From NCBI RefSeq assembly GCF_964213995.1, contig NC_135803.1:105524001-105588000 (forward strand): a stretch of 64,000 nucleotides of DNA. Direction: 5' to 3'. This document shows positions 46,667 to 61,400 of the stretch, one piece after another. Each line of letters opens with the position of its first letter. Positions within the stretch are counted from its first letter, which is position 1. Made by a program: the position numbers and the translations under genes. The notes beneath the pieces are model-generated. The model did no database searches and had not been told where the DNA came from. It saw nothing but the letters and a program-made list of their open reading frames with translations. This stretch comes from Mustelus asterias (taxonomy: Eukaryota).

Positions 46667-48671
46667 CTGGAAAACATATCAACATGCAGATCTGCTTATG
46701 TTGCCCATATTCTTTGACACCCAGAAAGTGTATATTTGCAGCTTTCAAATTTTCTTGTATATAAAGCAACACTTATTTGTTGGAACCATATTCCGATTTT
46801 GCCTCAAGTATTCTGGAAGCCAGTATGAGAACTCGGTGCAGTAGAACTGGCACTGATTCAAATGCCACACTCTTATTATTAACCTCTTGCTACAAATATC
46901 TGTATATCAATATCTGCTCAGAAAGCCTCCTATAGTCTCTTGCCGATACATAAAAGAATTCAACAACAGATGGACAACGTAGGGTAGAGTTTTCACTTTG
47001 GACACAATTGGAAATCTGGGCACAAGTTGTGCTATTTTCCAGAAATGCTTTTGCTGAAATCGCCACACATATTTGAATATTGCCAAATGTAAAAATGTTT
47101 CATAAACCATCAATCAGGCTGTGTTCTAAAACTTAATTTCTTTGCACCACAAAGTATACTTGGATCTAATGTTGCACAGCTTTAATAGTACAGCTGACAT
47201 GGGTTTAATCATAAAAAAATCAGCATTTAGGATTTTAAGGAAATTTTAAGAAAATTTCTGATTTTATGGAAATAAAAATGACACTAAGAAATGATACAGA
47301 ACCATTTATGGATTCATTGGGAACCTACAGTCAGTCTTTCAGCTGAGTTACTCTGTAATTCCTAACTGCCAATAAAGGGAAATAGCCAAATCCCATGCTA
47401 GTGTCTGTCACTGCCTTTGCTATTTTGTTTTATACTTTGTAATTAGAGGCAGTCAAGAAACAGTCATTTGCAACTCCCTGCCTAGAGCTTCTCTTCTGGA
47501 AAGGAGGCAACGGCCCTCTACTGATGTCAGAGACAAAACTTTATGTCACAAATGAAATTGCTACAGACATTATCAGCTGGTAGGTTGCCTGTAGCCAGCA
47601 ATTCTACAGCATGAAGCACAATGGAAGTGCCCAAGACAGCAAGGGGCACAGATATATCTTTGTGTAAGACTTACCATTATGGGAAAATTCATTGTTTAGT
47701 TCATTATAAACATTATCACAGATAAAATTAGATGTTAAATTTGACCTTACATGTAGTGCACCAATGGTGAAGGAATACAAGCTAATACGAACATGGCATC
47801 TTCTTGTTACATTTTTTCTATTTAAATTACATCTTCAAAATGTTAATGGTGGTATCTGCACTCTGATTTGCTACTAAGAATAGAGGGAACAGTAAACAGT
47901 CTGGTGCAAAATCATCATCTTGAATTGCTGCTGTCATATCAATTCCTGCAGTTGCTCAGTATACAGTCAAATGCTCTCACCATTGAAAATAACCAACATT
48001 CCTCTCAATACTGAGAACGGTGAAAAGTCAGTAGCCACAGAAGTTTTACTAATTAGATGAAATTGTAATTTTCTACCTCAGATACACAGTTTTTTAAATA
48101 ATCAGTATAAGGATTTTGTTCCTGTTTCAATGGCTGTTTCCGGCTCTTCATGCAGTGAGACCTTCTGGTCTGGCTGATGGCACACCCCTGCCATGGCGTT
48201 TCTGGTGGCATAGGGTGCAGTCAATGGGAAACCCCATTGGCAGAGGTGGGACCAGAAGATTCCATCACCGGTGAACTGCACCGTCTCCCTCTGCGAGGAA
48301 GCCAGAGGATCCCTGTCTATTTTCTCTTGCAGTGCCTCATGTCATTCACTCAAGAGAGAAGGATGCAAACATGCACCAATATAGTTGTAGGCTGGCTAAC
48401 TCAAGGATATTCTAGTTTATTATCTGGGTTACTGATGTTGTAACTTTTCCCTCTTCCCTGGTTTAGTGACAGAGGACACAACCTCCACTTAGGGATACCA
48501 GTGAATGTATAGTAGGGATCAGAAAACACGTGAAAGAATATTATCAGGCTATTCCACAGCACATTCAAGCTCTTAACATATCTTACCACAAAGATCATAG
48601 TTCTGATTTATGACATTTACACTAGAAGCCCAATAAAAAAGAGATGTGAACAACTGAAGATTTACACCAAC

Positions 48672-48809
48672 CTGCCCAGGAGAAATGTGTTCAGGAATCC
48701 CCTGCAGGATAAAGATGTTGCCACTCTCAATATCCATTACACACAGTACTGGGGTGTTCTTGTTCACCAGGGATTCCCCCCAGTCCTCCCAATACAGAAA
48801 CTGATCCTC
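48672..48809 (-). CDS. APEH: APEH exon
   Basis: AG/GT-flanked; EDQFLYWEDWGESLVNKNTPVLCVMDIESGNIFILQGIPEHISPGQ. Confidence 0.94.
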
Positions 48810-49293
48810 CTGCAAGTTAAGATCATAGAATAAAGATCATTTGGCCATATAAGATTGCACCACATTTCATCTGTCTTATTCTGCACACTACTCGAACAGA
48901 TAAAGCAGCTCTCCAGCATTTGATTAGATCATCAGGCAAATGACCATATTGCTCCCTTTCCTTCCTGATGATCAGAAGCTCACAAGCTTATGCACTATGA
49001 CAGTAATTCCCTGACATTTTTCTTATGGAGAACAAGAGATTGCTACAAAGGCAGAGCTAGTCCAGTATTTATAGTTGTGAAAATCAATGACCAAAACACA
49101 GTCAGAAAGCTGCAGGTGGTACATGCTAGCCTGTAATTAGTTAGCCAATGTTGAATGAGAGATTGAAGATTGTTCAGGGAACATAGCTCCCATTTGTCCC
49201 TGAGCTATCAAATAGCAAGCAGTCTTGTGGAATGAGAAAATTCGGTCTAACGTTTTTCTCGAGGCATGTCTATAAATAATAACAGTACTGTAC

Positions 49294-49460
49294 TTGCAAA
49301 GGTTTCTGACATTTTTCGGCTTTACTGCTGTTGTAATTCTTCTCTTCAGCACTGAGCTCTGGTTTAGTTTGGAAGAAGGATTCTGCTTTGGGTCTCTTCT
49401 TTTCAGCGACGTACAGAATATGGGTCTCAGAGTGAGACCATGCAAGACAACCAAACTGTT
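49294..49460 (-). CDS. APEH: APEH exon
   Basis: AG/GT-flanked; QFGCLAWSHSETHILYVAEKKRPKAESFFQTKPELSAEEKNYNSSKAEKCQKPLQ. Confidence 0.92.
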
Positions 49461-50489
49461 CTAGGTAGTGAGAGCAGAAGGAAAGATAACAAGAAAAATC
49501 AAATAGTGGTTAAATCTAGCAAAGAAGATAGCACACATGTCAATCTTAAAATTGCAGTTAAAATAAATTTTACATGACCTCAAGAAAAAACAGATATTCC
49601 CTCATTAAAAATGTAACCAAACCTTCCGTTAATTGTCATTGAAAACATGAATAAGATCATTAAAACAGCAAATGGATACTATAACATACAGACCACAGCA
49701 CAATTTCTTACATAACAAGATTCTTATATTATTTGGGATATGCAAATTAGATATTGCTGAAAGAAATCACAAGAATACCAAATTTTAAAGGGAACAACTA
49801 TTTATTCTGCATGAGAAGAGGGTGCTGATTGGTTGTCAAGTGGACTCTGATTGTAGAGATGTTGCCATGGAGAATACAACAGGGAACAGTTAACTGTCAA
49901 ACCTTTGTTTAAATTCAAATCAGGCAAATCGACTTTGATTGGTAAAGGCATCGCCATAGGGGTGAACCAGAGAATAGCTGTCCCTCAAGCATTTGTTTAA
50001 TTAGAAAAGGTGTAATGCAGCCCACCTTCACTGGTCAATATACGCACTGGGATTCTTACAGTTCCACGAGTTATAAGATTGACCTTATCAGCATTCTTGT
50101 ATGTAGGGGCTGAACTATTTGCTCTGCACAAGCTTTCTATGGGATAATGGCTACCCTGATCAGCTCATTGCTAGGTATATATCACGCAACTCATGAATGG
50201 GCCTAAGGCCACCACATTCATTCCTGAAAGATGTCCAGTCTACCTCTGCTTACTCTGGAAGTGGGAGGTATCTCAGAAATTTGAGCTACAGATGTTGGTG
50301 CTGATGCTATGCAGAGGCATTATGAGTAGTATTCTCCAGTAACAGGATCCTGCTGTCAAGCCAGATAGACACTCTGCCTATCACACAGAGTAGTAATTTG
50401 ATACATGAGTTTCAGTGCCAGTGTGACGCCAGGTATACAGGCCAAATGTCCCAATGACTGGTGGATCGCAAACAACGCATCCCTTCAGC

Positions 50490-51540
50490 TAAAGGGAGGG
50501 GCAAGGTTATGGAGGGCTTTGAAAATGAGAATTTCAAAATCAAGATATTGCTTGACTGGAAACCAATGCAAGTCAGCACGCACAGGAGTGTCAGGAGAAC
50601 AGGACTTGGTGCGAGTTGAGACAAGGACAAGTTTTGGAGGACCTCAAGAATACAGTGGGTAGAATGCTGGAGACCAGCCAGGAGTGCTTTGGAACAGACA
50701 AGTCTTGAGGTAACAAAGGCATAGATAGGGTTTTAGCAGCAGATGAGACGTGACTGGATGAAATTGGACAATGTTATAGGAGAAGAAATAGGAGGTCTTA
50801 GCTTTTGGTGCAAATTTATAGTTGGACGATTAGCTTGGGTCATTAAAAAAATTTTTTTCACAGGATGTGGGTGTTGCTGACTGGCCTTCAGCAGGTGGTG
50901 GCTTGAACCATTGCAACCCATGTAGTGTAGGTATACCTACAGTGCTGTTAGGGAGTGAGTTCTGGGATTTCAACCCAATGAGAGTAAAGGAATGGTGATC
51001 TAATTCCAAGTCATTTTGGTGTGTGGCTTGGAGAGGAACTCGCAGGTAATGGTGTCCCTATGCATCTGCCCACCTTGTACTTCTTGGTGGTAGAGGTCAC
51101 GAGTTTGGAAGGTGCTATCGAAGGAGCATGGAGTTGCAGTACATCTTGAAGATGGTACACACTATTGCCATTGTCCATCAATTGTGGAGGACGTGATTGT
51201 TGATGGTGGTGGATGGGATGCCAATCGAGGGGGCTGCTTTGTCTTGGATGGTATTAAGCTTCAGTGTTGTTGGAGCTGCCCTCATCCAGGCGAATGGAGA
51301 GTGCTCCATTGCACTCTTCACTCAAGTTTTATAGATGGTGGACACGCTTTGGGGAGTCAGGACATGAGCTCCTTGCCACAGATTTCCCAGTCTCTGATCT
51401 CCTCTTGTAGCCACCATGATCACAAAGAGAGTGGTTTAGTCTCAGACTGTTGCCAGCAGAGGGACTGAGTTGATAGCAAGGAGCGGCGTTTGGAGTGAGG
51501 ACCAAAAAAAGTGGCTTCAGTCTGCCCAACATTTAACCTG
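50490..51540 (-). mobile_element. Old LINE remnants (L2-like with a nested LINE 3' part at about 50860-51415)
   Basis: Similar to 35400-35750 and, inverted, to 36760-37310. Confidence 0.6.
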
Positions 51541-51613
51541 AAGAAATTTATGCTTAGCACTGTGTAACTCACATACCCTTGCAAAGTCTAGAGATGATTG
51601 AGTAAATACGTAC

Positions 51614-51689
51614 CATCTTCATACACCTTGCCATGCTTGTCAAGTGCTGTTAAGTTTATGCTCCTCTCCTTTGAGGTTTTGCTCCAGAT
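51614..51689 (-). CDS. APEH: APEH exon
   Basis: AG/GT-flanked; IWSKTSKERSINLTALDKHGKVYED. Confidence 0.92.
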
Positions 51690-54447
51690 CTGTGGGTAAA
51701 AGCAATCAATCCACAGCAAAAATATTAACACTTGCAGTGACGATATTATGCATGGAATATTATAATTAAATAATTGTACATTCTATATTTAACATTGCTT
51801 GGAAAGTGGTTCCAACATTAAGTGACATGACTGAAAGCTCCTATGTTGTCTGAGCAACAATGAAGAGACATAAGTAACAATGAAGTACCTTACATTTGTA
51901 CTTCAAAAGTAATGTGGCAACCCATCTGTACACAGCAAGGTTCCACAAAAAAGCAATGAGACAAATGACTGATCTGTTTAACTGTCATTACTTGAAAGAT
52001 GGAGATTGGTAAGGGCAACAGGAGCACGTTCCCTCTCTTCTTCCTAAAGTGCCTTGAGAGCTTAAATATCCACCCAAGAGGGCAGACCTTCAGTTTAACA
52101 TCTCATCCAAAAGACTACAGCTGGAATTCTGCGACTTCAACCATGGCTGAGATTCTCCGGTCCCAATTCATTGAGTGGAGTTTTGGCTGAGCGCCAACTT
52201 CTCCTTTCTCGCTGGCAGCAGTAGTGGGGCATTCGAGAACTGAGAATTATGGCCGACATCTCCTGGAATGCAGTCTTTTATACTGTGCTCATGCATCAGC
52301 TTAGATGGAACTCTCAAGTCCCTGGAATAGGGCTGGAAGAGTGCAAACACTGTACAAGACTGACTCTTTGGGGGAAAAAATCAATGGCTTTTGGCAGTGA
52401 GTCTGGAGGGCTGGGAAGCCAGAAAATGGGAGGAAATTCCTGTTGAGCTGACATTCTGGGCTCCATGGGAATTTGATGGAGAAGTGAGAATAAGAGGAAT
52501 GCTTATCTGTCTGGCAGGTAACTAATCAAGATCCTTAAGGGCCTAATTAGGGCATGCAACTGACACCAACCGGATTTTAGTCCAATGTCTACTGTATCAG
52601 GAGGTTGTCCATAAAATCCTGATGGCCCTGCAGCAGTTGGGCGAGCAGACTAGTTGGAAGGCTCCACTTTGAGAATTGGCCACAATTGCAGCAGTGCCCC
52701 TAATTGTGGGGATCTTCCTTCCTGATCTCTAAAGGCCCTACCTGGCTTTGTGAATTATCTGATCTGTGGGCAGGACTGGAATGGAGCCACCCTTACATAC
52801 TTGCGTTGCGTCCATCTCTGATGGCATCAAGGCTTATAGCATATCCTAGATCATGTGCATTGTTCTGAATTTAACATTAACACTATGCAAAATGTGGTGG
52901 GAATCCTATATATGCTCTAAGTGAGCAAACCCGTCTACTTCAGGTTTGTTTGTTAAGGTTTGAGTTACACAAAGTAGAACATACAAGTTGCCTGACCTCA
53001 AGACATTCAGTCCCGTGGCTACACTGATTTTATTTTGCCATTCAGGTTTCTAAGATTCAAGGGTACCCATCAACGGGCTTAAAGCGACTGAGAAATCCAT
53101 AATTGTTGCTTTGATTTGCCTGATTAGAGCTCATCCTTTTTTACTTAAGCAACCAAACTTGGGTCCAAATTGTTAAAAATCAAGGTAAAGTTGATCAAGT
53201 TTAAGGGCCCAAGTATGCAGTTACTGAAATGCTTTTTAGCAGCTTTTAATTAGCTTTTGTTTCCTGCAACTTACACATATGCACGGTGCAAATCTACAAT
53301 TATAGTCAGTGGGAGGAGACTTATGGGAAGTATGAATACCAGCATAGGCTTTGAGCTAAATGGCTTGTTTCTGTGCTGTCAATTCTATGAAACACACTTT
53401 TATACATTTTGTCAATATTCTCTCCTCTTCTTTGAGTGCATTCAGTTACACAAGTGCTGGATGTGCTGTGAAACTTAGCCAGATAATCAATCTTCATGTG
53501 ACAGTGAAAATTGGTGGGCTATTCAGGCACGTGTGGCATCACAGCTAACCAAACACCGCTTTCCTGAAACACCCCATATGTGCTCATTCCAGTGGAAAGT
53601 TTTGAATATATCCAGTGTGGCAACACTGGCTGTCTTTACACTTTCCTAGCTCAGGGCACTCAGATCAAGTGATGCCGAACTAAAACAGGTAGATAAAATA
53701 AAGATACAGATCAGCCAGGATCTTACTGAATATCCAAACAGGCTCAAGGGGCTGAGTATCCTATGACTATTCCTATGTTCCACTCAGTAATATACAGCTT
53801 GTTAAAGTGCACCCTCTTTATATATTTAATCATCTCTGATTGGCACCGGGTTACAGTTTACACCACTCAGCAGTATCTGCAATAGTAAACATGTTTAATA
53901 AGCAAATACAACCTCTTTAAAATCCAATTATTTTGTGTTCTTAATCCCCTCTAAATGGTGCGGGATTACAGCTTCCATTATGTTTTGCAAGTATTATTCA
54001 ATAATAATAGTACTACTTAAACACATATCACAGGCAAATCGCATTAGCACCAATGCAGCTACTAGAAATGATGAGGGCTGTACTTCCATAATTCCAGGAA
54101 GTCAAAAAACCATCATGTTTCTAACATTAAATGATGGTTCCTAATGGAGCATATCCTTACGGAATACTCTTATAAATTGAGACATTCCTAGTTGCTTTCA
54201 AGGAGTTGATGGCGAATCTGGAAAAATTAGCACACATTAAATTCCAGTGCTTAATCTCGGAGCCATCTTCAGTCTTAACTAGCTTTTTTAGGAATGTTGT
54301 GGGGTGAGGGGAAGAAAATATTCCATCAATTTTCATCTTTTCTGCTTGCTCCACCGAGTGCCACAGTACATTCTAGCAAATGATGTACACACACATACAT
54401 ATATACCAAGTTCCATTCCTTAACTATGGCACACTAGCCTTAGTTAC

Positions 54448-54538
54448 CTCCAGATATTGCTGTTCCTCCCCCTTGTTGTTGATATGCCTCCTGAGGACAG
54501 ATTTCAAAGTGCCAGAGGGTGAATCCCTACTCAGCAAT
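54448..54538 (-). CDS. APEH: APEH exon
   Basis: AG/GT-flanked; LLSRDSPSGTLKSVLRRHINNKGEEQQYLE. Confidence 0.92.
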
Positions 54539-55016
54539 CTGTGGGTCGAAGTTCAGAACAGAATGATGTTAGACCCAACACATAGGATATTAAAAACTCT
54601 GTAAAGAGAGAAAAGAGCTGACGTTTCGAGCCCAGATGACCGTTTGTCAAAAGCTATCAAAAGCATGACCTTGATTTTCTATCTGGCTCAGTTCAATGGT
54701 CATAGAAACTTACAACAAAGAAATCTGTTTGATCCATGATCTTAGAAAGAGCCGTCATATTTAGTTGCACACTCTCACTTTGTAATCCTGTAAGTTTGTC
54801 ATCCTCAAGTAACTGTTCAACTGCCTTTTAAAATTATTTATGGAATCAGCTTCCACCACCTTTTTAGGGGGATCTTTCCAGATCCTATTGAGAAAAGTCA
54901 GATTCCAATCACTGGTCTGTATTGCATCAGTTGATATCAACCAGCATGTAATAGATACCATAGCTCCCCAGATAAAACACAAGAGTTGAACTTGTCAGAG
55001 CTAGAGCTTAAATCAA

Positions 55017-55327
55017 TCATAGAATCCTTACAGTGCAGAAGGTGGCCATTCAGCCCATTGAGTCTGCACCGACTCTCCAACAGAGTATTCCTCCCAGGCC
55101 TTTTCCCCGCTAATCTCAACCTACACCTACTCTAAGGGACAATTTACCATGACCAATCGACCTAACCTGCACATCTTTGGACTGTGGTAGGAAACCGGAG
55201 CACCCGGTAGGAAACCCACACAGACAAGGGGAGAACGTGTAAACTCCACACAGACAGTCACCCAAGGCTGGATTTTAACCAGGGCCCCTGCGTTGTGAGG
55301 CAGCCGTGCTAACCACTGTACCGCCCC
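55017..55327 (-). mobile_element. HE1-type SINE
   Basis: tRNA head, HE1 body and tail. Confidence 0.85.
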
Positions 55328-55469
55328 ATAATTCAAATTTCACCATCTGCCATGGTGGGATTCAAGCCCCAGTTCCCAGAGCTTTTGCCTGGGTCTTTGG
55401 ATTACTAGCCCAGTGACAGTGTCAGAATCTGACATCACCACCACCCCCAACAATCAATGATCACAAGTT

Positions 55470-56345
55470 TTGCTGAAAGAAGTGGCATATTATCAAAGCT
55501 CATCACGACAGCTACGCAAAATAAGCCAATAGTAAAGGGAACATCAATTTACACTGCATAGAGACAGTGCTGATTGGTTGGCAAGTGCATTCTGATTGGT
55601 AAAGGCATTGCCATGGAGAATGCAGCAGAGAACAGTTAGATGCTAAACCTTTGTTTCAAATTTCAAACAGGCAGATCAACGCTGATTGGTCAGAGCACTG
55701 CTATGGGGAATGAACTAGAGAATGGCAGTCCCTCAAGCTTTTGTTTAGTTGGAAAAGATGCAAAGTGTGGAAATGCTCCTTATGCCTATAAAGGACAGGG
55801 CCGGGTGTGTGAATACATGTTGCTTCTAGCATGCATAAATGAGTCACACTGTGAGCCCAACTGATAATCGTAAATTTGTTTTCAGCATAACAGCGCAATC
55901 AGTATTGTCTAGCAACTTGCATCAATTTAAAATGACCTGTCGGGCAAGTAGTGTGGCTCATACATGCATGCTAGAAGCCACGTATATTAATACACAAAGC
56001 CGTCTTTTGCAGTTGGAAGAAGCACGTCCACGCATGATGTCTTTTCCAACTAAGCAAAAGCTTGGGGCCATTACCTGGTTCATTCCCCATGGCAGTGCCT
56101 TGACCAGGATTGACCTGCTTGGTTTAAGTTTGAAACAAAAGCTTTCATGTTAACTGTTCTCTGCTTCATTTCCCATGGCATTGCTTCTGCCAATCAGAAT
56201 CCACTTGCCAACCAATCTACAAATTCTTCCCATGCAATATAAATTGTTGGTCTTTTTACTGTTGGTTTATCTTATGTAGTTGTCCTGGCGAGTGCACGAC
56301 AAAAAGCTACGATAGTATGTCTCTTTTTTCAGCAATACTCAAGTT
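55470..56345. repeat. Long imperfect inverted repeat of Penelope-type terminal repeats
   Basis: Arms at about 55470-55850 and 55950-56345 are reverse complements (e.g. gattggttggcaagtg / cacttgccaaccaatc). Confidence 0.75.
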
Positions 56346-56415
56346 CTGTACCACTAAACAACTATTTGTCAATGACCTCTGAATTTGTGCATAGCGTTGC
56401 TCTGGTTATACTCAC

Positions 56416-56542
56416 ATGCCCCGCAATTCCGTGCATTTTCCTGAAGGGCAAGTGTGCACAACGTAATTTTCATCACAGAATACAATGTACTCTCGGTTGA
56501 ACTTCACCCATTCAGCTCGCTCCAGATCTCTCTGGGCCCATT
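56416..56542 (-). CDS. APEH: APEH exon
   Basis: AG/GT-flanked; WAQRDLERAEWVKFNREYIVFCDENYVVHTCPSGKCTELRG. Confidence 0.92.
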
Positions 56543-56914
56543 CTGAAAGAGAAATTAACCATCAATTGTGATCCATGTGTGACATGAAGCAACAGACAAA
56601 CCCCTGTGTACCTCCAATAGTGGAAAAATAACTCTGGTTACTATTTGTCGTGATACTAAATGTGTTAAGCCCCAAAGAACGTGAGTCGATAATTTAGTCC
56701 TTGACTCTGCTCTGCCATTCAACGAGACAATGGCTGATCTTGTACCCAACTCCTAACTGCCTTTGCCCTGATCTCCCTTTGCACCTTTTAATAACAAAGT
56801 TATCAATCTCAAATTTTAAATTTACAAATGATCTAGAATCAATTTGCAGTTCCAAATTTCTAACACCCTTTACGTGTAGGAGTGTTTCCTAAATTCACTC
56901 CTGAAATGTCTAAC

Positions 56915-57262
56915 TCTTTACGTATGGATAAAGTAGATGTGGAGCGAATGCTTCCTCTTGTGGGGCATTCTAGACGAAAGGTCATAGACTTAGAATAAGG
57001 GGTAGCAAATTTAAAACAGAGTTGAGGAGAAACTACTTCTCCCAAAGGGTTGTGAATCTGTGAAATTCACTACCCCAAAGTGTGGTGGATGCTGGGACAG
57101 TGAGTAAATTTGAGGAGTTAGATAGATTTTTAATTGGTAATGGGTTGAAGGGTTATAGGGTGAAGGCAGGAAAATCGGGTGAGGAGCATATCAGCCATGA
57201 TCGAATGGTGGCGTGGACACGATGGGCCGAATGGCCTAATTCTGCTCCTATATCTTATGAAC
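56915..57262 (+). mobile_element. CR1 3' fragment inserted in an older - strand CR1 remnant (about 56680-58600)
   Basis: ORF2 C-terminal and 3' UTR similarity; flanking remnants include DFNFP and RLDL. Confidence 0.75.
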
Positions 57263-58929
57263 TTTAGTTTGTGTGATCTCGCCTCAGAATTTAACGATTG
57301 CAGTCACAGTATCATTCTGGTCAAGCCTATGATGTCTTCCTTCTAAAATATCATTCCTAAGGTGTGGTGCCCAAAACTGCTCACAAATCTCTAGGTGTTG
57401 TCTAACCAGGGCTTTGTACAGCTGAAGCATGACTATTACCCCCTTGCATTCTCACCCTCTTGATACAAAGGTGGCATTCCTTTTAGATCATCATCTGCAC
57501 CTGTTCATGACATTCTAATACTTTGTTCTCCCAAGTCTATTTGAACCTCCACTGTTTCGAGCTTTGCACCATTTAGATAGTGCCCAGTTTTGACCTGTTT
57601 TCAGTCCAAAATAGAAGACTTTACTGCCTATACTGAAATGTATTTCCCAGTCTTGCCCATTCATTTAATCTTGCAGAATCTCTCAGTTTATGCCCTTACA
57701 TACATTGTTACAACATTGGCAAATTTGGATATGAGGCTTTCTATTCCATTATCGAAGTAGTTAATAAATATGGTGTATAAATGAAACCCATTTCAGATCC
57801 TTATGGACGGCGGTAGTCACATTGCACCAATTAGAGTACCGGGCCATTATCCCCACTCTGTTTCCTGCCGTTCAGCCAATTTGCTTACCAGGTCCTAAAT
57901 CACATGAGCTTCAACTTTAACTAACAGTCTCTTATGAGAGATATTAAGTTCATATATACATACAGTATATATTATGTAATACCCACAGACATTTCCCTGT
58001 CCACTACTTTAGTCACCTCTTTCGAACACCTCTCACTTATGCTCTGTCATTTTACCCATTAAAATATTTCCCTTTTGTACTGTGGGTAGTCTCTACCTTA
58101 ATGTATTGAAGTCTGCTTTACCTATGCCTAGAATCCTAGCAGTTGTTTTTCCTTTGACCTTTTCAAATACCACATTGAATTTGTTCATTTGATAACTACA
58201 ATTCGATAAATGTTTGCAAACCATTAGACTGTTAACTGAATCTGTCTCATTGCTAAATCTAATCTGGCATGTCCCCTTGTTGTTTCCAGGACATATTGTT
58301 GCAGGAAGTTGTTCCAGACACATTCAAGGAATGCACTATATTTCTGACATGTGCTGGTCTGCTTGTCCCAGTGTATAGGAAAGTTAAAATCCCTCATTAA
58401 AACCATTCAGCCTTTACTACATGCTTGCCTAATCTATGCATTCTATCATTTCACATCTGCTGCAAGGAGGCCTAAACACAATTTACACGATAGTCTTAAA
58501 TCTTTTACTATTTCTTAATTCTGCACGAATGCCTGGTCTTGAATATAATTATTGTTATATTCATTTTTAATCACTAACACTACTTCTCTCCCTCTACCAT
58601 TTTCCCATTCTTTCGTGCAAATCTTACTACATGCTATATCTAGTTCCCAATTTAACAAAAATATGCCTATGGTTTAGTTTTACACATAGCGGGCAGAGAA
58701 ATTACTTCCCCACTATTATGAAACATTGACTTAAGGCAGCATTTGCAACTTGTTTCCACCATCTTCTAGTCGAAGGCTACCTGTTTGCTAAATTCAGTTA
58801 CCACTTCATACTCTTCCACATATAGTTTTTGTCAACATTCCCATTGTTGGAACCATCAAATTGACTGAAGGAATTTGTAAAAATGGGAAATAAAAAACCA
58901 TCCTGGACATGAGAACATACAGTGGAAGC

Positions 58930-61400
58930 TGGAATTTTGAAATATAAACAGAAAATGCTGGAAGTAATTGGGTCATGTGGCATCTGAGGAGTGAAAAAGA
59001 AACTCACCATTTTACGTCAATGACCTTCTATCATAACTGGAAAAGTACAGGGGTCGGGAAACGGGGGAATGCGGAAAGAACAAAGATGAAAGTTGGCTGT
59101 AGGGTGGAAGGCAGGAAAGATTAAACAACAAAAAGATCGTGGTGCAAGGCAAAATGGATAGTAATGGGACAAATATACTTTTTTAAAAGCTGGATCTCTA
59201 GGAGATGTACATGGGAACAGCAGACTCAGTCGCAACCATACAAAAAGTGGTTCTGATCTGGAATTGTTAAACTCCATGCTGAATGCAGACTGTTGTACAG
59301 TGCCTGATTGAACGATGAGGTGCAGTTCTTCAAGCTTCCTTTGAGCTACATTGGAACAGAATATGAGGTTATGGACAGAAAGGTCAGAGTGAGAGTGGGA
59401 CGGAGAATTAAATTAGCAGGCCACCAGAAATTCTGAGGCATGCTTGTGGACTAAACAAAGGTGCTCTGTAAAACAGTTAACCAAACTCTGCTTGGCCACC
59501 CCAATGTAAAGGGGAATACATTGAGGAGTGAATAGAGAATACTAAATTGAAAGAAGTGCAAGTAAATCATTGTTTCACCTGGAAGTAGTGTTTGAGACCT
59601 CAGATGCACTTACACAAGGTGCTGTGGGCAGGGGATAGAGTGGGAGAAAGTGTCGTCAAGGTAATTGTGGGAATCAGTTAGCTTATATTGGACGTTGGTC
59701 AATAGCTTATCCCTTGGATTGGACATGGAGAAATTGAGGAAGGAAGGAATCGGAAATGTGCCACGTGATGGTGAGGGATAGTGAAAATTGAAAGCAAAAT
59801 TGATGACATTTTATTGTTCACGGCGAGAGGGAAAATAACATTGATACAGTCATGAATGCACTGGTAAAAGAGAAGGGAGACGATCCATGTAGGACTGTAG
59901 CAAAGAATATTCCACACATCCCAGCAAAAAATATGCACAGCTGGGATCTCTAAGGGTTACCACAGCAATACCTTTTATTTTGAAGTAATTAAGCGGAGAC
60001 AAAGAAGAAGTTATTCAATGTGAAAATAAGGTCATTGAGTTGGAGGATGGAGGATGGGAACTTGTGTTGCATTCAAGGAAGGAGTAGAGGGCCCATCATG
60101 GGTAGGGTTAAACTCAGAAGTTGTACATCCATGGTGAAAAGGAGATGGTTAGGGCGAGGAAACTGAAAACGGGTGAAGTAGAGGAAAACATCGGAAGAGT
60201 TGTGGGTGCAAGTGGAATAAAACTGGACAACGTGAGCAAAAATAGGGTTGAGCTGGAAAATTCAGTTTTACGAGATTAGAACAGGCTGAAATGATCGGCC
60301 GACACGGTGGCACAGTGGTTAGCACTGCTACCTCACAGTGCCAGGGACTTGGGTTTGATTCCCGGCTTGGGTCACTGTCTGTGTGGAGTATGCACGTTCT
60401 CCCTGTCCTTACGTGGGTTCTCTCCGGGTGCTCCGGTTTCCTCCCACAGTGTGAAAGACGAACTGGTTAGGTGCATTGGTCATGCTAGATTCTCCCTCAG
60501 CGCACCCAAACAGGTACTGGAGTGTGGTGACTGGGGTATTTTCACAGTAACTTCATTGCAGTGTTAATGTCAGCCTTTAAACTTTACCAGGGCTGTCCTG
60601 TTTGTGGAAGAGCACTATGCAGGCTCTATGAAATTGGAAGCTGTCCAGGGAGCCTCTGCGAGAGATGAGATCTGTGACAGGCTGTGAAATTATGGCTTGA
60701 TGTTCAGTGATTATAGTCGACAAGGAGGTAGCAGTTTTCTCAAGGTGGAAGTTGGTTCACCGAATAACAAGTTTAGTGACAATGACCTGAGAGAATGAAG
60801 TGCTGCAAGCTCAGTGGGAATTAAGTTAGTATGAGTGAGCGGAGTAGAAAAACTGAGATGATTAATTTACAAGAGCAGTGAAAAGATCTAAAAGAAAATC
60901 AGTGGGAGGAACCCAATTGGAACAAAAATTCTGAAGGAGGGAAAAATAACTTACTGTGCAGGAAGGCGGTGTACTGGCCGAAGAGGTGAACGCAGAGGCA
61001 AAAATGTGGAAGAAGAGTTCAGAGCCACATAGCTCGAAATTCAATGAGATGACAGCACAGAGGATGAAGTTGATGTCTTTGCTATTGCACTTTATGAGTT
61101 CAACAATTTCTGATTATAACCACTAGCCACATCATTCCGGAGAGCAACTCTTGGTAATGATGCTGCTATTTCCATTAAAACCTCCTATCAGCATGCCCTT
61201 TTGTCATATAATCACTTCTGCCTTCCACCCCATCACAGGCCTTTTCTCTAGCTCATCCTTCTTCCACATTGCCCTGCCTCTGTACTTTCTTGAAAACATT
61301 GAACCTCTTAAACTTTATACACTTCTGAAGACACATAAACTCCGTTTCTCTTTCACAGATGATTCCTGACCTGTTGGTTTTTTCCAGTATTTTCTATTCT
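58930..61400. mobile_element. Highly decayed Penelope-like element region with inverted terminal remnants
   Basis: aaacagaaaatgctggaa... at about 58945 mirrored by ...ttccagtattttctatt at about 61385; related short palindrome at about 45320-45505. Confidence 0.45.
60298..60585 (+). mobile_element. tRNA-derived SINE (alternative tail)
   Basis: Same family as 28750-29060. Confidence 0.85.

Noticed and set aside
54161-54372. 70-codon open frame flanked by AG and GTAAGG, 75 nt downstream of APEH exon 54448-54538
   Set aside because: No similarity to APEH or any protein I recognise; its phase-2 end is incompatible with the next exon; the acceptor is weak.
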